A stretch of 59,103 nucleotides of DNA, counting the filler. It is 8 parts of 8 records of this genome, joined end to end, with 100 filler letters (N's around TTAATTAATTAA, not from the genome) between each part and the next. Parts side by side here need not be neighbours in the genome. Positions count along the whole stretch, not along the records: positions 38,813 to 44,360 come from SRR31147125_29062; positions 44,461 to 53,515 come from SRR31147125_29070; positions 53,616 to 59,103 come from SRR31147125_29180; 5 more parts are not named here. One strand, 5' to 3'. The position numbers and the translations under genes were made by a program. Of the stretch, positions 42,958 through 54,922 are shown piece after piece (positions within the stretch are counted from its first letter, which is position 1; every line of letters begins with the position of its first letter). Under the pieces are notes generated by a model that searched no databases, was not told the origin of the DNA, and saw only the letters and a program-made list of their open reading frames with translations.

Positions 42958-44049
42958 ATGAAAAACAAGAAGAGACTTAGCGTTCTGTTGGTAATGGTAA
43001 TTTTGATTGGTGTATTAGTACCTACTATTGTATTGGCAGAAGATTTTACTGGAGGTCAAATTATTATATCAAGTAATGAATTGCCAACAATAGATAGATT
43101 TGAATGTACGCAAATAGCAGCGGGAGGTACTTTGGATCCTGCTACTACATATGACATTTCATTGACAGTATCAGATGCAGATTCTATAGATGATATTACT
43201 TCTATAACACTAATGTTTTGGCATACAACTGATATATTAGTTCCTACACAATTGCCATCTGGCAACGGTTATAATATGAACGATAAGGACAGTGCGGTAA
43301 CTTATATAATGACTATATTTGATGGGACAACTTCTGTAATGGATACTTCATTTACTGGCTGGACACAAACTGCTCCTGCAACTCCTAATGCTCCAGATAC
43401 TTTGACTTCTTTTGATTTTGATTGTAGTGTAAGGCCTGAATCAGAAGCTCGAGAAGTAGAAACAGCAACAAATGACAATAAATGGTTAATAGGTGTGGAA
43501 GTTGTAGATTCAAGCGGAACTCCGGTATTTATGCTGATAAATGGCGATACTAATCCGCATGGAATGGCATGGTATGGACAGATGGATACAAATACGGACT
43601 CTGGTCCAAAATGGACTGCAGCTACACCAGGAATGACATATAATTCTTCAGCAGCACAGGTTTTTGACGAGAGTACTTTTAGAATGGAGGTTTATTCTAA
43701 TGGTGCTTATAGCATGCGAGTTTCTACCGACACGACTTGGAGCAATGGTTCAACAGATATTACGTATAATACAGCAATTGATTCGGCTGATCAATTTTCA
43801 TTTGCTATAGATACAGCTGGGTCATATGATAGTGGAACAGCACAAGAACTTCCAAATGATACTAATTCTGATGGAAAAACTGAATTTATTACTTTGAGTA
43901 CACCAACTGATAACAGTTGGGGCACTGCAACTGGATATACAGGTGAACTCATTGCAAATATTTGTATGTTCTTGCAGACAAACGCATCAATGACAGCTAG
44001 TGCTACTCCTTATACAGGAGTTATAACATTTGAATTAGTAAACAACTAA
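42958..44049 (+). CDS. Secreted Thr/Ser/Asp-rich beta-sandwich protein of unknown function
   Basis: AAGGGGGA RBS before ATG 42958; signal peptide ending VLA; C-terminal YTGVITFELVNN. Confidence 0.75.
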   Translation: MKNKKRLSVLLVMVILIGVLVPTIVLAEDFTGGQIIISSNELPTIDRFECTQIAAGGTLDPATTYDISLTVSDADSIDDITSITLMFWHTTDILVPTQLPSGNGYNMNDKDSAVTYIMTIFDGTTSVMDTSFTGWTQTAPATPNAPDTLTSFDFDCSVRPESEAREVETATNDNKWLIGVEVVDSSGTPVFMLINGDTNPHGMAWYGQMDTNTDSGPKWTAATPGMTYNSSAAQVFDESTFRMEVYSNGAYSMRVSTDTTWSNGSTDITYNTAIDSADQFSFAIDTAGSYDSGTAQELPNDTNSDGKTEFITLSTPTDNSWGTATGYTGELIANICMFLQTNASMTASATPYTGVITFELVNN

Positions 44050-44073
44050 AGTTTAAAATGATAAGTTAATTTT

Positions 44074-44101
44074 AAAGGACAGTCTTTCGGCTGTCCTTTT
44101 T
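44074..44101 (+). terminator. Rho-independent terminator
   Basis: AAAGGACAGTC-TTTC-GGCTGTCCTTTTT. Confidence 0.85.
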
Positions 44102-44154
44102 GTATGTGTAGAATTTAGCCTAATAAAAAAATACTATTAATCAGAAACAAACTT

Positions 44155-44203
44155 TAGTGGCGATGATTGGATTCGAAGTTGGAGTTTGGCACCCTTACCA
44201 AGG
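44155..44203 (-). pseudogene. Possible degenerate tRNA-Thr(GGT) 3' half
   Basis: Minus strand CCTTGGTAAGGGTG...TTCGAATC...CATCGCCACTA keeps anticodon-arm and T-loop words, but the stems are broken. Confidence 0.3.
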
Positions 44204-44331
44204 TCATATAATTTGCTATTCTACGACTTTTAATGTTTTCCATCACATAAAGCTAGGTTAGTCGTTGCTTTACAAATGCACGCTATAGCGTACTAAATAA
44301 AGCAAAAGACGCATCCTTAAGGATACGTCCA

Positions 44332-44360
44332 TGGTGCCGAAGGCCGGACTCGAACCGGCA
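44332..44360 (-). tRNA. tRNA 3' end (probably tRNA-Leu), truncated by contig end
   Basis: Minus strand TGCCGGTTCGAGTCCGGCCTTCGGCACCA shows the T-arm, acceptor strand and CCA. The anticodon is not visible. A hairpin GACGCATCC-TTAA-GGATACGTC (44308-44329) follows it. Confidence 0.8.
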
Positions 44361-44460
44361 NNNNNNNNNNNNNNNNNNNNNNNNNNNNNNNNNNNNNNNN
44401 NNNNTTAATTAATTAANNNNNNNNNNNNNNNNNNNNNNNNNNNNNNNNNNNNNNNNNNNN
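44361..44460. other. Artificial contig spacer
   Basis: N-run with linker. Confidence 0.98.
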
Positions 44461-45587
44461 AAACCATATTCAATGTTGTCTTTTACAACAAAGCCTCTTT
44501 CGGCTTCGGCAACTTGCTTTTTAGTTTTCGATTTTCCTCCAACTTCAAAAGTCAGTTCTCCAATTTCAAAATCAGAAATCTCCGACGAATCAATCTCATA
44601 GCCATTTCTCAGTTGGTTTAAAAAGAAAGTTTCCCTAATATTCCCAACGTTTGGCTTGTCGGTAGCCAGGCCGTACATTAAGTTTGTATTGTCAAGGTAT
44701 ACTTTTTCAACTTTCTGTACCGATTTTAAACCGATAGCCGTATTTCTCAATTGCGAAATCATCCCGGCTTCTTCAACATACAAAAAATAATCAGCCACAT
44801 TATTCCGGCTTACCGACATAGCAGACGCAATTTTACTGAAATTGGGTTTAAAAGGAACACTTTTTGAAATTATTGCCAATAACTGCTTTAGTTTTCTGCC
44901 AGTTGAAACATTCATATTGGCATAATACGGAATATCAATTTCAAGCGTTTGGTTTACAACCTGCTGCAACCGCAGGTCAAAATTTTCTTCCAAAGCAAAG
45001 GGATAATAACCTCTTTTTAGGTAATTATTAAACAAAGGTAAGGGAAACTCCAGCTCCGGTTCTTCAACCTTGTGCGCAATTATTTCTTCTAAACTATATG
45101 TTTTAACCGAAATGTTATGGAAAAGTTGCAAATACTCCCTGAACGACAAACCCTGCATATTGTACATTACCGCCCTCCGACTTAAATCGGCTGCCCCTTT
45201 TTTTATGTCTAGTACCGATGAACCGGTAAATACAACCTTCAATTTTGGATGATAATCGTAAATAAGTTTCAACTCTTTCGACCAGTTATCATACTTATGA
45301 ATTTCATCAATAAATAAATATTTCCCTCCAAATCTTGAAAAAGTATTCGCCAGATCGACCAATCTATTATCGGCAAAATAAAAATCCTCGGCATTAACAT
45401 AAAGAGTCTCGCTGATATTTAAGTTATTTTTTATGTGCTGTAAAACCAGGGTTGTTTTGCCAACTCCGCGCGGACCAGTTAGCCCAATCATTCTTGCTTC
45501 CCAATTAATTAGAAAATGACTGTGCCTTAAAAAAGTATCAGTAGTTTCATCAAGTATTTTCCGAAAATTATCAACTAAAACTTCCAT
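44461..45587 (-). CDS. AAA_14-family ATPase with wHTH-like region and C-terminal PD-(D/E)XK-like motif (3' truncated)
   Basis: Walker A GPRGVGKTT, Walker B LFIDEIHK, FTGSS, KVYLDNTNL, C-terminal 'SDFEI...FEVGGK'. Confidence 0.9.
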
Positions 45588-45621
45588 CGCTACAATTTTT
45601 AATACAAATATATGCTAAATC

Positions 45622-45732
45622 GCACTAACATAGTGCAAATTCTGTCTAAAAATGCATCTATATAGTGCTATTTGCAAGTAAAATTACACTTTAACAAGTC
45701 TAAAAGAGGCAAATTCCGCACTATTAAAGTGC
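45622..45732. repeat. Array of four 15-bp palindromes GCACT-N5-AGTGC at an exact 32-bp period
   Basis: GCACTAACATAGTGC (45622), GCATCTATATAGTGC (45654), ACACTTTAACAAGTC (45686, degenerate), GCACTATTAAAGTGC (45718). A Bacteroidota -7 box TATATTTG lies on the minus strand at 45605-45612. Confidence 0.8.
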
Positions 45733-45863
45733 ACAAAATGACTAACCTTGCCATCTTAACTACCTCGAACCAATCCACGCCGAAGTTTGTATAATTTCTT
45801 TCGATTATTGTAGGTGTTTAAGCTATTTTTGTCGTCATAATGAATAGGAATACATTCAATTAA

Positions 45864-49070
<3,207 letters not shown>

Positions 49071-49153
49071 AGTAGGGATATAAAAAAATTACGCAGTGAT
49101 GCCTTTGGCACAACTGCAAAAACGGAGGTTACAAACCTCCAATCCCAAGTATG

Positions 49154-49198
49154 AAGGATGCCATCCGTATAAGTTTTTAAAATACGGGTGGCATCCTT
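49154..49198 (+). terminator. Hairpin/terminator after the beta-galactosidase (copy 1 of AAGGATGCCATCC hairpin)
   Basis: AAGGATGCCATCCGTAT...ATACGGGTGGCATCCTT followed by ATTTTT. Confidence 0.8.
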
Positions 49199-49222
49199 AT
49201 TTTTGAGCCTTTAAGAATCAAT

Positions 49223-49372
49223 TTACCTTCATTTTAATACATAATTTGGAGTAAATTACCCTCATTTTAATACAAAAACCCACTCTTTTACCCTGACTTT
49301 TCTACAAATAACAATAATATTTACCTTGACTTTTATACAAAAAACAGCAATAACTACCCTTACTCTTCTACA
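49223..49372 (+). repeat. Array of five 19-bp direct repeats (consensus TTACCYTNAYTTTWMTACA) with distinct 13-14 bp spacers
   Basis: Copies start at 49223, 49256, 49288, 49321 and 49354 (periods 33, 32, 33, 33). The last ends 39 bp before the ATPase ATG. Confidence 0.88.
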
Positions 49373-49411
49373 TTTTGCTTATCTTTAACTCTAACAAAAT
49401 GCTATATAACA

Positions 49412-50749
49412 ATGTTTTACCGAGAGACAATTGGCAAACTAAGGGAATGGGCAAAAAAAGATAGTCGAAAACCTCTGGTTTTAAGAGGTGCCAGACAAGT
49501 AGGCAAAACGACCGTAGTTGATATGTTTTCGAAAGATTTTGACCAATATATAAAGTTGAATCTGGAGAAAAAACAGGAACGAGATATTTTTGAAACCGAC
49601 TACCCCTTCCCCGATTTATTATCAGCGCTGTTTTTTTATGCAAAAAAAGAACGTACTAATTCCAATACTCTCATATTTATAGATGAAATACAAAACTGCC
49701 CCAAGGCTGTAGCTTTATTGCGATATTTTAAAGAAGAAGCTAATGATCTTTATGTGATTGCAGCAGGTTCGTTGCTTGAGACTATTTTGGATCGAAAAAT
49801 TTCATATCCGGTAGGAAGGGTTGAATTTATGATGATGCATCCGGTATCCTTCCGCGAATTCCTAATTGCCACAGAGGAAAATCAGAGCCTCGAACTCCTT
49901 AATCAGCACGAGGTTCCTTCTTATGCTCACGCTTATCTTACAGGACAGTTTAAAAAATACCTAACAATTGGAGGCATGCCTCAGGTAGTTGAAGAGTATG
50001 CTAAACATAAAGATTTTATGGCATTGCAGGCCATCTACTCAAGCCTTATAAAATCATACATTGAAGATGTTGAAAAATATGCATCTTCACAAACGCAAGC
50101 TCAATACATTAGGCATATTCTGAATACTGCATTCGAACAAGCCGGTACCCGGATAACTATTGAGAATTTCGGCGGTTCAACATACAAATACCGCGAAATG
50201 AAAGAAGCATTCAACATACTTGAAAAAACATTGTTATTCAGACTTGTTTATCCTTCAGTTGAAACAACTATTCCGGCACTGCCAAAGTTGAAAGCGAAGC
50301 CACGGTTGCACACGCTCGACACAGGGTTGGTAAATTTCACAACAAATATTGTAAAAGATTTATTACTGAACGAAGACTTCTCGGATGTATACAAAGGTAG
50401 AGTTGCAGAACATGTAACAGGGCAAGAATTATTGGCAAAATCGAATAGCATAATGAATAAGTTGATGTTCTGGACACGGGATAAAAAACAGTCAAGCGCA
50501 GAAATAGACTATTTGTATCAGCACAATGGGAAACTGATACCTGTAGAAGTAAAAGCCGGTGCCATAGGCAAACTTCGCTCATTGCATCTTTTTATGGATC
50601 AGGCTCCTCACGCCATAGCCGTTCGGGTTTACCAGGGAGAATATTTAGTGCAAAAAGCAAAAACTATTGCCGGCAAAGAGTTTACTCTGCTTAACTTGCC
50701 TTTTTATATGGTTCACCGAATTGAGAGGGAATTAGATAAAATAATGTAA
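49412..50749 (+). CDS. AAA_14 ATPase + DUF4143 (PD-(D/E)XK nuclease-like) protein
   Basis: GARQVGKTT, IFIDEIQ, AAGSLL, GGMPQVV, LDTGLV, C-terminal 'AEIDYL...IPVEVKAG'. Confidence 0.92.
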   Translation: MFYRETIGKLREWAKKDSRKPLVLRGARQVGKTTVVDMFSKDFDQYIKLNLEKKQERDIFETDYPFPDLLSALFFYAKKERTNSNTLIFIDEIQNCPKAVALLRYFKEEANDLYVIAAGSLLETILDRKISYPVGRVEFMMMHPVSFREFLIATEENQSLELLNQHEVPSYAHAYLTGQFKKYLTIGGMPQVVEEYAKHKDFMALQAIYSSLIKSYIEDVEKYASSQTQAQYIRHILNTAFEQAGTRITIENFGGSTYKYREMKEAFNILEKTLLFRLVYPSVETTIPALPKLKAKPRLHTLDTGLVNFTTNIVKDLLLNEDFSDVYKGRVAEHVTGQELLAKSNSIMNKLMFWTRDKKQSSAEIDYLYQHNGKLIPVEVKAGAIGKLRSLHLFMDQAPHAIAVRVYQGEYLVQKAKTIAGKEFTLLNLPFYMVHRIERELDKIM

Positions 50750-50771
50750 CCATTCCTGATTGTAGCTGCCC

Positions 50772-50817
50772 AAGGATGCCATCCTTCAGAGATTTCATAA
50801 AAGCGGATGGCATTCTT
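50772..50817 (+). terminator. Hairpin/terminator after the ATPase (copy 2 of AAGGATGCCATCC hairpin)
   Basis: AAGGATGCCATCC...GGATGGCATTCTT followed by a T-run. Confidence 0.78.
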
Positions 50818-50890
50818 TTTTTAAACTATTTGCATATTTGCAAAAACAAAACTCTTTGCGCTCTGCGCTTGGCTCTAATCTTTTATAATC

Positions 50891-51916
50891 ATGAAAAAAC
50901 TAATCTTCCTTCTTTCATCAATTATTATTACCAGCTATACAATGGCGCAGGTGAAAACCGAAAAAATTAACTACAAAAGATGGAAAGACGCCATTCAACT
51001 TACAAACGACGAAATTAAAGTTGTTGTTGTACCGCAAATCGGGCGGATTATTTATTTCAGTTATCTGGATGAAAAAAATCTGCTTTATGAAAATCCGGAG
51101 ATGGAAGGGAAAGTTTTCAGTGCCGAAAAGCCTTATAAAGCTGATGGCAAACTGGCGCATGCGAATTATGGTGGCGACCGTATTTGGCCAACTAACCAAG
51201 ATTCGTTTGGAGCATTAAATGGCGATCGCGGACTTTCCGATCCATGGATTGACGGTTCGCCGTGGGAATACAAACTGGTTAAGAACGGAGTAAAAATTAG
51301 CAGCCGGGTTAGCAATTATATCGGTGCAAAAGTTACGCGTGTTATTACTTTGAATAAAAAAGGGGCAACTGTAAATATTCAGCAAGAAATGGAGAAAATA
51401 AAGCTGGGAGAACAAGAAAACCTCGAACCAATTCAGGTAACACTGTGGAGTTTAAGCAAGGTTAAAAATCCTCTTTTTGGCCTGCTTCCACTAAACAAAG
51501 AAAGTGTTTTTAAAAACGGTATCGACTTCCAAAAATGGCCCGACAATATTAATTCAGCACCTAAAAATTATTCGCAGCACGAAAATGTTGGACAATTAGT
51601 TCCTGTTCCCAACTTATTCCAGAAAATGGGAGCCGACTCGAAAGGATGGGTAGCCGGCGTTTACAACAATTTTGTTTTCGGACAATTTTTCACTTTCAAC
51701 AAAAAAGAAAATTACCCCGATGGAGGAACCAGCGCAACTATATTTACTTGTACCGACTTTACTGAGCTTGAATGTTTAAGCCCAGAAAAAAAGTTAAAAG
51801 TTGGCGAATCGATTGAATTTGACGTTACGTGGAAACTGAAAAAAATATCAACGGAAGACAAAGCAGGCAAACGAACAGAAGCTGTTTTATGGCTCGACAA
51901 AAATCTGAAAAAATAA
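50891..51916 (+). CDS. Secreted DUF4380-like / galactose-mutarotase-fold protein
   Basis: Signal peptide; 'VVVPQIGRII', 'NYGGDRIWP', 'YPDGG', 'ELECLSP'. Confidence 0.6.
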   Translation: MKKLIFLLSSIIITSYTMAQVKTEKINYKRWKDAIQLTNDEIKVVVVPQIGRIIYFSYLDEKNLLYENPEMEGKVFSAEKPYKADGKLAHANYGGDRIWPTNQDSFGALNGDRGLSDPWIDGSPWEYKLVKNGVKISSRVSNYIGAKVTRVITLNKKGATVNIQQEMEKIKLGEQENLEPIQVTLWSLSKVKNPLFGLLPLNKESVFKNGIDFQKWPDNINSAPKNYSQHENVGQLVPVPNLFQKMGADSKGWVAGVYNNFVFGQFFTFNKKENYPDGGTSATIFTCTDFTELECLSPEKKLKVGESIEFDVTWKLKKISTEDKAGKRTEAVLWLDKNLKK

Positions 51917-51982
51917 AAATTCAGGGGAGGTAGAGCAAGCGTTTTCAGCAAATAAAATACCTTTGCCAAAAATTCAGAAAAA

Positions 51983-52672
51983 ATGGAAATTAAGAACTTG
52001 TCGTATTTGCTATTGCTACTGGTTTACCTTGTAATTCCGGCAATTCTTAGCACACAAAAACGTGTACGGTTTGTTTTTCAGCTAAAATATATTTTACCGG
52101 CCACTATTTTCGCCGGAGCCATTTTTGTAATGTGGGATATTCGTTTTTCCAAAATGGATATTTGGAGTTTTAATCCGGCCTACCTAACCGGCATTGAATT
52201 ATTTAAACTGCCTGTTGAAGAATGGCTTTCGTTTCTTATTCTCCCACTATCGTCCGTATACATTTACGAGTGGCTAAAAGCGAAATTCGAAAATTTTGAA
52301 AAACCCAATGCATTTGTTGTAATTAGCCTGATTTTGTTAATTACAAGCGGAATATTGGCCTATTTTTTCAGAACCAGAATGTTTAGCTTTTTCACTTTCT
52401 TTTTATCGGCAATCTACCTGGGCTACATTGTTTTTCGCAATCAATTCAAGAAATACTATACCAAATTTTACCTCTCCTGGTTTATTTCACTGGTTCCGTT
52501 TATGATTGTTTCTGCAATACTAAATAGTTTACCGGCCGTTACATACAATTCGGCCCACGTTATTGGCGTAGCACTATTTGGTGTTCCGATTGAAAAAATG
52601 GCATATCTGTTTTTATTGCTCCTGATAAATGTGACCATTTACGAATACTTGAGCAACCGTCGTAATTATTAA
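51983..52672 (+). CDS. Lycopene-cyclase-domain membrane protein
   Basis: Two repeats with 'WDI...WSFN...LPVEEW' and 'GVPIEK'; multiple TM helices. Confidence 0.8.
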   Translation: MEIKNLSYLLLLLVYLVIPAILSTQKRVRFVFQLKYILPATIFAGAIFVMWDIRFSKMDIWSFNPAYLTGIELFKLPVEEWLSFLILPLSSVYIYEWLKAKFENFEKPNAFVVISLILLITSGILAYFFRTRMFSFFTFFLSAIYLGYIVFRNQFKKYYTKFYLSWFISLVPFMIVSAILNSLPAVTYNSAHVIGVALFGVPIEKMAYLFLLLLINVTIYEYLSNRRNY

Positions 52673-52682
52673 GCTGCAAAGA

Positions 52683-53515
52683 ATGATTTTACTCTATAAC
52701 CTGGGAATTTATTTTTATGGCCTGGCCATTCGCATAGCTGCCTTGTTTAATGAAAAAGCAAAACTATTTGTTGCCGGGCGTAAAAACTGGAAGCAAATTT
52801 TAGAAGCAAAAATCGAAAAAGATGCCAATTACATTTGGGTTCATTGCGCTTCGTTAGGCGAATTTGAGCAAGGTCGCCCGGTTATTGAAGAAATGCAAAA
52901 ACAGTTTCCTGAGTACAAAATCATTCTCACCTTTTTCTCACCATCGGGTTACGAAGTAAGAAAAGACTACAAAGGAGCCCACGTGGTTTGCTACCTTCCG
53001 ATGGACACAAAAAGCAATGCGCAGGCCTTTATTAACATTGTAAATCCCAGAAAAGTCTTTTTTGTAAAATACGAATTCTGGCATAATTATATTTCTGAAT
53101 TAAAATCAAGAGAAATTCCTCTATTCATTATCTCGGCCATTTTTAGAGAGAACCAGCAATTTTTTAAAAACACGCCATGGGGAAAATGGTACAGAGAAAT
53201 GCTATTTGGATTCGAGCACATTTTTATCCAAAACGAAAAATCGGCAGAGCTTCTTAAAAAGAATGGCATTTCGAATTTCACAATTGCAGGCGATACCCGC
53301 TTCGATCGTGTTGCAGAAATTGCCCGCGGTGCAAAAAGCTTCGAAATTGTTGAAAAGTTCAAAGGCAATTTTGTAACCCTAATTGCCGGAAGTACCTGGA
53401 AGCCCGACGAAGAGCTGCTTTCAGAGTTTATTAACAAGACCAATGGCGCAAAATTTATTATCGCCCCACACGAAGTTTCCGAGGTAAATATTAACAGAAT
53501 TCACAAATTGTTGAA
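52683..53515 (+). CDS. waaA: 3-deoxy-D-manno-octulosonic acid transferase (3' truncated)
   Basis: IWVHCASLGEFEQ, TFFSPSG, YLPMD, GDTRFDRV, AGSTW, IAPHE. Confidence 0.93.
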
Positions 53516-53615
53516 NNNNNNNNNNNNNNNNNNNNNNNNNNNNNNNNNNNNNNNNNNNNTTAATTAATTAANNNNNNNNNNNNNNNNNNNNNNNNNNNNN
53601 NNNNNNNNNNNNNNN
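53516..53615. other. Artificial contig spacer
   Basis: N-run with linker. Confidence 0.98.
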
Positions 53616-54728
53616 ATCCAATAATCCCAGCTTCACTTTCATAATCAGCGAACGCTTTACTACTTCATCAATTACATCCATTGTAATCAATCCTTCCTCA
53701 ATTGCTTCTGGTAAAAATTCATAAGTTTTTGGAAGAGGAAACTCCAAGTCGTTACCCGCTTTTAAAGCCATTACTCCAGCTTCTTTGTACGAACTTGCTT
53801 GTCCCCATTTTCCATATACATGGTCAATGGAATGGTAATCGCTTACCGTAATTCCATCAAATCCCAGTTCTCCTATCAAAATATCAGTCAGTAGTTCTTG
53901 ATTAGCTACATCGGCAACACCCTTGTATGCAGCATACGAAGGCATTACACTTTTTACGTTGGCAGCTTTAATTACGGCCTCGTGTGGCATAAGGTAATCC
54001 TCAAAAAAATCTTTTTCGTTAGTTGTATTTGCTCCGTAACCCGCAAAGTGTTTTGTTGTTGCTGCTATTCCTGTACTAAAATCATCGCCCTGTAATCCTT
54101 TTATAAAAGCTACTCCCATGGTTGAAGTCAAGTAAGGATCCTCGCCATAACTTTCTTCAATTCGAGGCCAGTGGGCAGTTCTGATAACATCTAACATTGG
54201 CGACAAAGCATAATTGGCACCTACCGCTTTCATATTTTTTCGGGTAGACAAGGCATTTCTAGTCGCCATTTCAGGATTCCACGAACAGGCCACTCCTATT
54301 TGTTGAGGAAAAGTTGTTGCACCTTTGGTAGAAAATCCGGTAATGGCCTCTTCGTGAAAAACAGTCGGGATTTTTAATCGTGTTTCGGTCATTAAATAAT
54401 GTTGAACTTCGCGCACAAAATCACGCAACTCTTCAGGTTCCATGGTAAACGAAGAAGAGAACTGGCACATGTGACCAATTCCATTGGGTATTTTTTTACG
54501 ACAACTATCTAGCGAGAGTTTTCCATCTTCCAAAAGCTCGGTTGGTCGGATTCCTTGAATCTGTGCTATTTTTTCTACCAGAGTCATGGATGCCATTATT
54601 GCATCTACACGGGCATCAATCTCAGGTGTTGAAAAAGGCTCGGGTTTTACAAGCGTTGATTCTTCTAGTTGAGATTGGCTGCATGAAAATATCATGACAG
54701 TTAAGAGGATAAGAAGTATTTGTTTCAT
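53616..54728 (-). CDS. Glycoside hydrolase family 3 (beta-glucosidase/xylosidase), 3' truncated
   Basis: Lipobox IFSC; HEEAITG, SPMLD, EESYGEDP, KHFAGY, ITVSDY. Confidence 0.92.
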
Positions 54729-54742
54729 TCGTTAAAAATTAG

Positions 54743-54775
54743 AACCAAGACACAGGAATCAAGACACAAGACAGG
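54743..54775. repeat. Short degenerate heptamer-like tandem repeats (CAAGA core)
   Basis: AACCAAGACACAGGAATCAAGACACAAGACAGG just upstream of the GH3 start. Confidence 0.5.
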
Positions 54776-54922
54776 AAACTATAAACATCCCGCAGTGTAT
54801 CGAAAACTCTTTCGTCATGATTGTTTCATATTTAAATATATTGTTGATCGTTATAAAATATTAGATCAATTGGCACACCAATTATTGCAATTTTTATTGA
54901 GTAACACAGCATAAATTCTAGA

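Noticed and set aside
49223-49372. CRISPR array interpretation of the repeat-spacer array
   Set aside because: Repeats are 19 bp and degenerate, spacers are only 13-14 bp, and no cas genes are visible.
50776-50970. 64-aa ORF between the ATPase and the DUF4380-like gene as a partner or antitoxin
   Set aside because: It starts inside the terminator hairpin, overlaps the next gene out of frame and has no protein-like features.
54743-54775. CAAGA heptamer repeats as a functional array
   Set aside because: Very short and degenerate; similar low-complexity intergenic repeats are common in Bacteroidota and no associated gene is present here.
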